In this document: positions 1-10,400 of the stretch, one piece after another
Layout: every line of letters starts with the position of its first letter
Numbering within the stretch: the first letter of the stretch is position 1
Assembly: GCA_947459115.1 (NCBI GenBank)
Contig: CANHCC010000001.1
Location: 1 to 60,678, forward strand
Direction of reading: 5' to 3'
DNA from: Bacteroidota bacterium
GTDB lineage: Bacteria > Bacteroidota > Bacteroidia > J057 > RFSG01
DNA: 60,678 nucleotides
Notes under the pieces: model-generated
Databases searched by the model: none
The model's input: the letters and a program-made list of their open reading frames with translations, nothing else
What the model was told of the DNA's origin: nothing
Position numbers and translations under genes: made by a program

Positions 1-60
1 AATTTCCTCCCGTTCACAAAAATTTAATATTCCTATAATTCGGTTTCTAAAATTATTTCT

Positions 61-68
61 TAGCTTTG
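61..68 (+). promoter_or_regulatory. Candidate Bacteroidota-type -7 promoter box (TAGCTTTG, fits TAnnTTTG) upstream of the adhesin locus
   Basis: Exact fit to TAnnTTTG at 61-68. No convincing TTTG -33 partner at the usual spacing. If used, the transcript would include ATG-112 and the poly-C tract. Confidence 0.25.
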
Positions 69-140
69 AATTATAATTAATAATATTCACCAACATGTAA
101 GCCTAAACCAAATGAAAAATTCCCTGACTCCAAAATTTAA

Positions 141-159
141 CCCCCCCCCCCCCCCCCCC
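141..159 (+). repeat. Homopolymeric poly-C tract, 19 consecutive C
   Basis: Counted directly: C141-C159, then T160 and CCC161-163. It lies between an upstream ATG (112) and the ATG-207 start of the 1401-aa ORF. Confidence 0.95.
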
Positions 160-206
160 TCCCATCATGCCAAGCTGTTGTAAATCAGTTAGTTAATCTT
201 GTATTT

Positions 207-3200
207 ATGATGATTGTCGGTTTTTCTTTTTCGAATGATTTGATGGCTCAGCCTTGGGATTGGGTTGCACCTGCTGCACCGGGTGTATCTATTTCAACGA
301 CGAATACATTTGAAGGAGCAGAAGTAATTATTGATCCAGATCCAGCAGTAACTGGAACACAGACAATCGGAGGGTTTAGATTGAAATACGGCTATGCTCT
401 TTTTGAAGAAGCGGGTAATGGAATTCCCAGTCCTAACATGGGAACAGGTACCATGTTCTATTGGATGCCGGATATGGGCGCATTGAGATTTGGAAGAAAT
501 CAATTAGGAACCGTTTGGGATCCAGCATCAAATGTAGGACTGTATTCATTTGGGATGGGGTATAATACAATTGCCTCAGGGGATAATGCAGCGAGTTTTG
601 GAGAGGCCACAACTTCCTCTGGTACTAATTCCTTTTCTCAAGGGAAAGGTACAATAGCCTCCGGATTAAATTCCGTGGCTATGGGAAATTTTTGTGAAGC
701 TAAAGCCAATGCGTGTTTCGCTGTGGGGAATTGGTGCGTATCCGGTGTGAGTGGAACCAATGGACATAACTCATTTGCCACAGGAAATTTAACCAATGCA
801 ATTGGAGCCAATTCATTTTCTTGTGGGACTCAAACAAATGCCAATAATTGGAATTCATTTGCTGGAGGGTATGGAAATGACGCAAACGGAATAGGCAGTA
901 CGGCATTTGGATTTTGGAATGATGCTGTGGCTGACTATTCATTTGCGTTAGGAATAAATTCAAAATCGGGTATTAGTTCAAGTCTTGGTACTGCAAGTGT
1001 AACATTTGGGAGAATGACCGAAACACATGCTAACTATTCTTTTGCATTAGGCAATTTATCTAAAGCTAAAGGATTGCAGAGTATGGCTGGAGGTTCCTCC
1101 GCTGAGGCGGAAGGAGATAATAGTCTGGCTTATGGAGATAGGGTTAAAACGGATGCTGCTGCAGATAATGCCGTGGCATTTGGCCTGCGGACGAAAGCAA
1201 CCGGGAAACAGAGTCTTTCCGGTGGATCGAATTTAACAGAAGCAATAGGAGATAATAGTATTGCCTTTGGAGATAATGTAAAGACCAATACAGGAGCTGC
1301 TAACGCAGTAGCACTGGGTAATGACACACAGGCCGATGGGATTAATTGTCTTGTCGGAGGAAATAATAACACCGTCGCCGGGGCTGACAATAGTTTTGCG
1401 TTTGGGAATAATATTCAGATATCGAATCTCGGAATTGGATCTACCTCTTTTGGGATGTCCAATACTATTAATGCTACCAATAGCATGAGTCATGGTCTTT
1501 TTAACAAAGTGGATGGAGATGGAAGTGCTGTATTTGGAAAAAGCAATACCTCCAATTCAACTGGAATACATAGTTTGGGGACAGGAGAGGGAAATATCGC
1601 CAATGGCCGAAATTCCATAGCATCTGGCAATAATACCGAGGCTAATGGCAGTCAAAGTTTTTCGGGAGGAATTGGCAATGGAGGTGTAACACAGGCAAAT
1701 GGGGATAATAGCATCGCCTATGGAGAGAATGTAAAAGCGGATGGAGATAATTCCATAGCTTTGGGAAATACCACCATCAGTACCGGAAATAATACGATGT
1801 CAGGCGGAAATAACAATACGGAAGCCAGAGGCATAAATAGCATTGCTTGGGGCTCGAATACTCAAACTTCCTTAACAGCGGATAATGCAGTAGCCTTGGG
1901 CGCAGGAACTGTTGCAATTGGTCGTCAGAGTTTATCTGGGGGAAATAATAATAGCACAGCAAGTGGCTTCAACAGCATTGCATTTGGGAATAATGTCAAT
2001 ACCAGTGCTACAGCTGATAATTCAGTCGTTACAGGATTGAATAATACGACCAATGCCAAACAAACCTTAACAGTAGGTACTGCCAATACCAATCAAGGGG
2101 ATAATAGTGTAATAGGGGGCGACAATAACTTCATCGGGCCATTGGCAAGAAATTCTATGGCAACTGGCGCTTTTTCGGTTATCACGGGTGATTTAAGTTT
2201 TGCAGGTGGAGCAGGAAATCGAGTGGCTTCAACCAGTGGATTTTCTTATGGGTCCGCCAATCAGGTATTTTCTACTGCAACCAATGGGATAGCTACAGGT
2301 AGCCAAACAGAGGCGCATGGTTTACAAAGTTTTTCGGGAGGAGAAGGCACTCAGGCATTAGCAGATAATTCTGTGGTTTTTGGGAAGAATAATACAGTTA
2401 ATCAACCTCAGAGTATTTGTTCCGGTGAAAGATCTACAATAGCTTCGGTATTGGGATTTGGTTCAAGTGCGGCATTTGGGTATAGAATTGACCTTAGAGG
2501 GAGTACTGCTTTTGGAGCAAACAATCAAACAATGCCTTGGGGAGATAATTCTTGTGCCTTTAATACACTAACAGAAGCTTCTGGGCCTTCATCTTGCTCA
2601 TTCAATGGAGGAACTCGTGCATTAGGCGCTTTATCTGCCAGTTTTGGACACTCAACAATAGCATCCGGAAATATGAGTTTTGTTGCAGGATATCTTTCTC
2701 GTACCTACGGCCAGCATTCTGCAGCATTTAATGAGAATTGTCAGGCAGGTTCAAGTACTGGAATTTCCCCTTTCAATGATTTTGCAACAGGTATGTCGAC
2801 AGTCGCAGAAGGTGGTCAATCATTTACAATGGGATCTGTTACCTGGGCAACTGGTTCTAACTCCCTGGCAACGGGGGACTCAACTACAACTACTGGAAGC
2901 AACTCGTTTACCACAGGCAGATTCACCCATGCCAACCAAACCAATTCTCATGCGCATGGCGAAAATGTCGTTAATAAGGGCATCAACTCCTTTGCTCAGG
3001 GCCAGCGAGTTATCTCTAACGCCGATAATAATGTCATCTTTGGTTTAGGCGGTACAAACACCTGGCTCGACAATATTCAGACTAATTCCTTTATGGTCGG
3101 CTTTAACAGTAATGCACCTACCTTTTATGTAAGTACAGCATCTGGTAATGGCACTACTGGAAATGTAGGTATTGGAGGGCCAGGATATAGGCCACTCGGT

Positions 3201-4412
3201 ACTCCCAACCCATTGGAAAAATTAGAGGTATGGAATGGGAATATTGCCCAGACGAATGTGGATTTGGTTGCAAATACAGGAGCTACGAGTGCGAATAGTT
3301 CTACTAATTTATTGGGCTCAACTGGTGGAGGATGTAATGTTTTTGGATTAACAACAAATAATATCGGGTCTGCAAATACAATCGCAGGTATTGCAAACAC
3401 CTTCTTACAAATTGGTATTGATGGAAGTACTTCTGTATTAAATTATGATGACAATTCATCACTTATTTTTAATTCAACACTAGGCCCTTTATGTACTAAT
3501 ACCTACAATCCAATCATGCAGTTGAATGGAACCTCAAGTGCTTATCAAGTTGAAGTTTTTGGAAATGGATATATTTCTGGTATATGGACACCTTCCGATA
3601 TTCGGTTTAAAACAAATATTCAACCCATTAAAAATCCTCTTGAAATTATTAAAAATTTAAATGGTAAGTCTTATAACTACAAAAGGGATGAATTTAATAA
3701 ATATAATTTTTCAAAGGATATAAATTATGGTTTTATTGCTCAAGAAGTTAAGGCATTTATGCCAGAAATTGTAAAAGCTAATGATGATGATTATAATGCT
3801 ATAAATTATATTGCTATCATTCCAATATTGGTTGAAGCTTTAAAACTACAGCAAGAAACCATTGATAGTTTGAAGGTAAATTCTAATGTTAATCAAACAG
3901 TTGACTTGATTGATACTACATTTGAATATATTAATAATAAAGAATTGTTTAATACTGTTGATTCTTTAAAATTAAAAGTAACTAATCAGAGTTTACAAAT
4001 TGATACTCTTTTGAATACAGTTAATAGTCAGTTTGAAATGATTAATACTTTGTCAGAAAAGTTAAATTCAATTCTGAATTGTTTAAATCAGAATAATCTT
4101 TGCTTACAATCAAAAGTTTTAGATTCAAGCGAAGATAGCAAATCAGAAAGTGATCCATGGATTCTCCAAAATGTTCCAAATCCATTTAGAGATATAACGG
4201 AAATAAAGTATCATTTGCCAAAATATTCCAAAGTAGCCAGCATTATTGTGTTTGATGAACTAGGTCATATTGTTCATTCATTTGATAATCTTGAGACAGG
4301 AACACATGTAATTTCATTTGAAGCGATTAAAGTGACCACTCGTGTTTATTATTATAAATTTGTGGTAGACAATCAGGTAATTGCAACAAGGAAAATGCAG
4401 TTGTATAATTAA
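207..4412 (+). CDS. T9SS-secreted fibre/adhesin: YadA-head (Hep_Hag)-like repeats, Peptidase_S74 intramolecular chaperone domain, coiled coil, type A T9SS C-terminal sorting domain
   Basis: 1401-aa ORF. About 1000 aa carry degenerate G-x-N-S-x-A-x-G motifs (NSVAMG, NSFATG, NSIAFG, NAVALG, NSIAYG). SDIRFK...YGFIAQEV matches the tail-fibre chaperone signature. A heptad-like Leu/Asn-rich segment follows. The C-terminus is NVPNPF...YYYKF...QLYN. The N-terminus as called (MMIVGFSFSNDLMAQ) is a weak signal peptide. Confidence 0.85.
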   Translation: MMIVGFSFSNDLMAQPWDWVAPAAPGVSISTTNTFEGAEVIIDPDPAVTGTQTIGGFRLKYGYALFEEAGNGIPSPNMGTGTMFYWMPDMGALRFGRNQLGTVWDPASNVGLYSFGMGYNTIASGDNAASFGEATTSSGTNSFSQGKGTIASGLNSVAMGNFCEAKANACFAVGNWCVSGVSGTNGHNSFATGNLTNAIGANSFSCGTQTNANNWNSFAGGYGNDANGIGSTAFGFWNDAVADYSFALGINSKSGISSSLGTASVTFGRMTETHANYSFALGNLSKAKGLQSMAGGSSAEAEGDNSLAYGDRVKTDAAADNAVAFGLRTKATGKQSLSGGSNLTEAIGDNSIAFGDNVKTNTGAANAVALGNDTQADGINCLVGGNNNTVAGADNSFAFGNNIQISNLGIGSTSFGMSNTINATNSMSHGLFNKVDGDGSAVFGKSNTSNSTGIHSLGTGEGNIANGRNSIASGNNTEANGSQSFSGGIGNGGVTQANGDNSIAYGENVKADGDNSIALGNTTISTGNNTMSGGNNNTEARGINSIAWGSNTQTSLTADNAVALGAGTVAIGRQSLSGGNNNSTASGFNSIAFGNNVNTSATADNSVVTGLNNTTNAKQTLTVGTANTNQGDNSVIGGDNNFIGPLARNSMATGAFSVITGDLSFAGGAGNRVASTSGFSYGSANQVFSTATNGIATGSQTEAHGLQSFSGGEGTQALADNSVVFGKNNTVNQPQSICSGERSTIASVLGFGSSAAFGYRIDLRGSTAFGANNQTMPWGDNSCAFNTLTEASGPSSCSFNGGTRALGALSASFGHSTIASGNMSFVAGYLSRTYGQHSAAFNENCQAGSSTGISPFNDFATGMSTVAEGGQSFTMGSVTWATGSNSLATGDSTTTTGSNSFTTGRFTHANQTNSHAHGENVVNKGINSFAQGQRVISNADNNVIFGLGGTNTWLDNIQTNSFMVGFNSNAPTFYVSTASGNGTTGNVGIGGPGYRPLGTPNPLEKLEVWNGNIAQTNVDLVANTGATSANSSTNLLGSTGGGCNVFGLTTNNIGSANTIAGIANTFLQIGIDGSTSVLNYDDNSSLIFNSTLGPLCTNTYNPIMQLNGTSSAYQVEVFGNGYISGIWTPSDIRFKTNIQPIKNPLEIIKNLNGKSYNYKRDEFNKYNFSKDINYGFIAQEVKAFMPEIVKANDDDYNAINYIAIIPILVEALKLQQETIDSLKVNSNVNQTVDLIDTTFEYINNKELFNTVDSLKLKVTNQSLQIDTLLNTVNSQFEMINTLSEKLNSILNCLNQNNLCLQSKVLDSSEDSKSESDPWILQNVPNPFRDITEIKYHLPKYSKVASIIVFDELGHIVHSFDNLETGTHVISFEAIKVTTRVYYYKFVVDNQVIATRKMQLYN
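3594..3875 (+). other. Peptidase_S74-like intramolecular chaperone / autoprocessing domain (phage tail-fibre and endosialidase type)
   Basis: Motif S-D-I-R-F-K (Ser and Lys five residues apart, as in the S74 Ser-Lys dyad), followed by NPLEIIKNLNGKSYNYK and YGFIAQEVKAFMPEIV. Recognised from memory of the family; no HMM was run. Confidence 0.7.
4152..4409 (+). other. T9SS type A C-terminal sorting domain (Por_Secre_tail-like)
   Basis: The last ~85 aa read DPWILQNVPNPFRDITEIKYHLPK...VYYYKFVVDNQVIATRKMQLYN, a typical NPF...beta-sandwich CTD. Confidence 0.75.
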
Positions 4413-4452
4413 CTTAACTATATCTCCAAGAAGCGAATTTCAGTTTTGAAGT

Positions 4453-7400
4453 ATGAGTCAGAAAATTTGTGTGGTTGTCATATTTCAGTTGTTGATTTTC
4501 AATTTTTGTAATTCTCAGGTCAATTTCCATTGGACAAAACGAAGTGTTCAGCCCAGTGGGATGCCGTCGTTAACGACTGCGGTTTTGGAGGATTCTAATG
4601 GGGATGTAATTGTTAGCGGATATTATAAAGATACAATAATCTGGGATAATGTATTATTAAATAGTCCAAATTCAAGTCCAGGTTCATTTACTGCCTATAT
4701 TTCCAAGTTCGATCCTACAGGTAGTGCTATCTGGTCAATAAGTCCTGGGCATAGGTTAAGGACAATGTCTTATGCTACTAAAGTTGTTTCAGATAGGAAT
4801 AACAATATTTATGTTGCAGGCTTATTTAAGGATACAATTCTGTTTAATTCTCCTAATTATTTGGTTTCTAGTGTTCCAAATAGGTATAATGTTTTTTTAG
4901 CAAAGTATAATGCGAGTGGCGTTTTTCAATGGGTTATTCATGGAAATAATAATTTATTGGGGAATGAATGGCCTGATTTAACGATTGATAGTTTGGGGTA
5001 TTTATATTTATCCGGTGATTTTTCTCCTCCCGTTGATAATTCAATACTTAACCTCGGTAACTTAAATGTTGTCTCTAATCGGAGCACAAATGGATTTATC
5101 GCAAAAGTAGATACTAGTGGTATGGTTCTTTGGCTACATGCGACTTCTAATACATTGAACTCGAATGGGGTAGTTCATTTTAATTCAATTACAAATTCTA
5201 ATTGTGGGCATATATATGTAACAGGATATTTGACTGGGACTTCCAACTATACCGTTAATTTTTCTTCTCATCTTCAATATTCATATACATCAGGTGTCGG
5301 GCCTGATGTTTTCATATTAAAATGTGATTCATCAGGCAATATTTTGTGGAGTCAGGTTTTTAGTGGTTCCAGAACAGATTTGGGTTTAGATGTAACTACT
5401 CATAATGATGAGAGTTTATTTCTAATTGGACGATATAATAGTCCTTCAATTACCATCGGTAATTTTACTTTGAGTAATGTAAATTCTGTTTTTGATGGAT
5501 TTATTGCAAAGTTCGATTCAAGTGGTATTCCTATTTGGGCTAATTCATTTTCAGGAAACGGGTCAAGTTGGCCAAGTAATATTAATTGTAATGATTCAGC
5601 TTGGTTATATGTTCATGGGCATTTTAATTCTGATACATGTTATTATTTAAATCGAACTTTTGTTCCACCAACTCCAACACCCTCTGTTTCATCCTCATTT
5701 TATTTGAAAATTGACACAGCTGGTCAACCCCTATGTCATTCGGTGCTTGATTCTACAGAATTTATTATTTCAAATAATACATTATTTGTAAGTCAGGTAC
5801 ATCGTGATACTATGTTTTATAATGCCTTGGTTTCTAAAGAGACTAATACAGGACTTTCCCAAGTCTCCAAATGCTCCTGCGGCCCCGACACCCTTCTTGC
5901 CACCCTCTCCGGCACCCAAACCATCTGCTCGGGCTACCCCGGCCAGGCTCTCATGCAATTCTCTGGCGTAGGTCCTTATAGCATCACCTACTCAGATGGC
6001 ACAAGCAATACTACGGTAACGGGCATCACGAACCGATACTATTTTATCAATGCCACCCCTTCGGCATCCGTGTCTTATACCTTGATGGCATTTTCGGGAG
6101 CATCAGGTCCAGGGCCTTTTTCGGGCATGGCTTCGATACAGGTGATACAAGCTCCTACGGCAAGTCTTTCCGCGGCTCAAACCATCTGTCAGGGCGATAG
6201 TGTGAGGCTAAGTGTAAACTTGGGCGGTACGGGACCTTGGAGGTTCACCTATGCTTCGGGTTCGGGTAATCTCGCAGTAACGGCGTTGACGACCCCTTGG
6301 ACCCGAACGCTTACCCCTGCTGCTTCTTTCACCTGGACGGTGAATAATCTGAATAACTTCGTGTGCAGCGGCACCAGTCCCCCGTCTTCTTCGGTAACGG
6401 TAGGCATCAGACCGGGTCTCAGCCTGAGCGGTGGAACAATAGTCTGTGCGGAGGATTCCTTGAATTTCTCGGCGATACTGACAGGCTCCCAACCCTGGAG
6501 TTTGTCTTATACGAATGGCACCACAAGCCAAAGCTTTACCGGCCTCACGAGTACTCCTTTTGTATTTAAAACTCCTCCAGCAGCTTCGACTTCGTTTAGT
6601 TTGATGGGCGGAACGGGATGTAGGAGAGATACGATACTCAATCGGGTCATTCCGCCCATTTTACAGGTGAGCCATACCGCAACTGCCGTATCTTGCTTTG
6701 GAGGCAGCAATGGAACAGGGCAGGGGAGTGCAGCTGGGGGAGGAGGGACTTTTAATTTTGTCTGGAACACCCTACCAGTTCAGTCTGTTGCTACTGCTAC
6801 CGGGCTTGCAGCAAGCTCTTGGATTCTGAGTGTAACGGATAACCTGGGTTGTGTTAAAAGAGATACTGCCCTCATCACCCAACCACCCCAACTCACAGCT
6901 TCAATAACCGCCACGCCCTTGTCCTGCTTCGGTCAGAGTAATGCCACGGCCACGGCAACTGGCACAGGAGGAACGGGTGCTTATCAATTCTCCTGGAATA
7001 CCAATCCGGTGCAAAGTACCCAAACCGCTTCTGGTCTGAGTGCCACGACTTGGACAGTTACAATCACCGATCAAAATGCCTGCACCGCTCAGGCTACTAT
7101 CCCCATTACTTCTCCAACGCCTTTACTGCTCAATACTACTGCTACGCCAGTGTCCTGCTTCGGCGGAAGTGATGGAGGGGTTGCGGTTTCAGCCAATGGA
7201 GGCACCCCGGGTTATTCGTATGCTTGGAATACCAGTCCGATACGAACCACCGCAACCGTAACTGGCCTGAATGCCGGTTCTTATACCGTTACCGTTTCGG
7301 ATAATCAGGGCTGTCAGACTCAGGCTATGGTGGTGGTGATGCCGGCTCAAGCGCCGATTTTGATTGCATCCTCTTTTACAAATATCTCCTGCTTTGGAGG

Positions 7401-10400
7401 CAGCAATGGTACCGCGCAAGCTATTGCCTCAGGCGGAAGTGGAGGCTTTTCTTTCACCTGGAATACCAATCCCATTCAATCCACACAAAATGCCACCGGA
7501 CTAAGTGCTGGCTCCTGGGTAATTACCGTTACCGACCAACAAAATTGCAATCGCAGGGATACCCTAACCCTCCTACAACCTCCGGCACTCAGCACAACCC
7601 TCACGCATACAGCCCTTGCCTGCTTGGGCAGTTCACAGGGACAAGCTACGGTCTCGGTTACGGGAGGAGCGCCTGCATATTCTTACACTTGGAATACCAA
7701 TCCGATTCAAACAACAGCAACGGCCACAGGCTTGTCAGCAGGCACTTGGCAGGTACAAGTAAGGGATCTAAATTCTTGTACGGATTCTGCTCAAGTGATT
7801 CTGACCGAACCCCCTTTGCTTACCCTAAGCAACAGTGGTACGGCCATCTCCTGCTTCGGCGGCAGTAACGGAACCGCCACAACAACAGCCTCCGGAGGCA
7901 CGCCCCCTTATACCTATAGCTGGAACACCAACCCTGTCCAAACCACCGCAAACGCCACTGGTCTCACAGCCGGCACTTGGACGGTAACGGTCTTGGATGC
8001 GAACCTATGCCAGCAGATTTCTGCTACCACGATTACCCAACCGACAATACTCAATTTATTTACTTCCTTCACTGCGGTTCAATGTTTTGGGGGAACGAAT
8101 GGTACCGCCACTGCTCAGGCGAATGGGGGAACAGCGCCCTATACCTACACTTGGAATACTACACCGATACAAACCAGTACAACTGCAACCGGACTCAGAG
8201 CAGGAACTTATTCCATTCAAATTCAGGATGCCCAAAATTGTCAGAGCACTGCAACCCTTACCATTCCTCAGCCTGCAGCCATCACCCTCAATTCCTTGAT
8301 TAATCCCGTTTCTTGTCCGGGAGGGAATGATGGTTCTGTGACGGTCGCAGCTTCCGGAGGAAATGGTCCCTATGCCTATACTTGGAACACTTTGCCTGTT
8401 CAAACCGGAACCACCGGCACAGGCCTAAGTGCAGGCACCTGGGGCATCAGCATTACCGATGCTTCAGGATGTAGGTTGGATACTAACCTCATCATGACGC
8501 AACCACCCGCGATTACCCTTACTCAAACCATCACGCCTGTGTCCTGTTTGGGTAGATCGGATGGAAGCATCAGTATTCTTCCCTCAGGTGGAAATCCCCC
8601 CTACACTTGCACCTGGAATACCCTGCCCGTGCAGACTAGCTTTACCGCCACAGGACTCAGCCAGCAGTTTTACTTAGCTACGATTACAGATATCAGAGGC
8701 TGTCAGCATCAGGAAAATATCAGTGTTCCCACACAGGCTCCGATACAAATCCAGATTACCCCACAACCCACCAGCTGTAACAATACTCTGGATGGACAAG
8801 CCGCCCTAACCGTCACTGGCGGCACCCCGAACTACAGCTATGCCTGGAGTACTATCCCCATTCAAACCCTGACCACGGCCACAGGTTTAGCACCCGGAAT
8901 CTGGCAAGTAATGGTCACCGATAGCAGAGCCTGTGTGGATTCGGCAAGTACGCTAATTATCAGTCCTACGGCACTGCAAGTATCAGCCACTGCCAATGAT
9001 GTCTCTTGCTTCGGACTCAGTGATGGCGCGGCTTCAGGGAGTTTTAGCGGAGGTACACCGCCCTATACCTACTCATGGAATACCACGCCTTTGCAAACTA
9101 CTCAGGTTATTACCGGCATTCCGGCAGGGATTTATGGGTTTACTGTAAATGATGCCAATGGATGCAGCAGCACCGCCACAGTGGTCGTGCGTCAACCGAC
9201 AGCACTCAGCGGAACCCTCAATCCTACTCGGCCTTTATGCCATGGAGGAAACGACGGTAGCCTAACGGCAACCATTTCCGGAGGGATAGCCCCTTATGCT
9301 TACTTATGGACAGGAGGACAAACAAGTGCTTCAATTTATCAACTCACAGCAGGTTCTTATAGCCTGATCGTAACCGATGCGAATGCCTGTACGCTCATTC
9401 TAACGACTCTACTCACAGAACCCAGTCCTTTGCAAGCCAATATCACGGGCTTCAACCTCACCTGCATGGCTCCGCCCAATAATGGCGCGGCTTCTGTAAA
9501 TCCGACGGGTGGAACTGCCCCTTATTCGTATCTTTGGACAGGAGGCAATTTCCCTACCCAGGCCAATAACTCTGGCTTCTCGGCAGGGACTTGGTCGGTG
9601 CAGGTGCTTGATGCCAACAACTGCATGACTCAAGCCAGTGTGACCCTCACCGCCCCTCAAAGACCTATTGCCCATGCAGGTCAGGATACCTTCTTCTGTG
9701 CTGGAAGTGGGGGCATTCAGCTGAATGGCACGGGAAGTGGAGGACTTGTACCTTACTCCTATCAATGGTCGCCTAACAATGGCTCCCTTTCGAATGCAAA
9801 CGCCCCGGATCCCATTGCGAATCCAGATTCTATCACCATTTATTATCTCACCGTAACCGATGCTGCGGGTTGTAGTAGTTTGATTCCCGATCAGGTAATT
9901 ATTTCTCCGATAGATTTACCCATTGCCGATGCTGGTCCGGATGAGGATTATTGTATGACAGGGCCAGCAGTGTTTATTTCCGGAAGTGTCGCCAATCCTG
10001 CATCTGGAGGTTATTCTTGGAAATGGATTCCGGCCACAGGCTTGTTCTGCGATACCTGTCCCACGACCTATGCCAATCCTAGCACTACCACGATTTACAC
10101 GCTGATTGTTACGCACCTATCAACAGGATGTAGCAGTGACAGCACCACTTTAAATACTCAAAGTTCTGTGACCATCACCGTCAAGCCTAGACCCATTGTC
10201 TATGCGGGTTTGGATACCACGATTTGTCCGGGTGATACGGCCTATCTCTGTGCCACAGCCACAGGCGTCGGGCCTCTGTACACCTATGAATGGAGTCCGA
10301 ATATCGGGATGAATGACAGCACCCAACAATGCCCGGGCGTATCACCCAATCATAGCATTTATTACTTTGTCGTAGCTACTTCTGAGGGCTGTGAAAGTCC

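Noticed and set aside
6208-9765. Numerous 60-120 aa ORFs on both strands inside the SprB-repeat region (for example 6208..6531, 6507..6770, 7189..7419, 7545..7868, 8056..8403, 9409..9765).
   Set aside because: They lie entirely within, or antisense to, the 2494-aa ORF. They are Arg/Gly/Pro-rich with no motifs, and are what stop-poor, GC-richer repetitive coding DNA is expected to produce.
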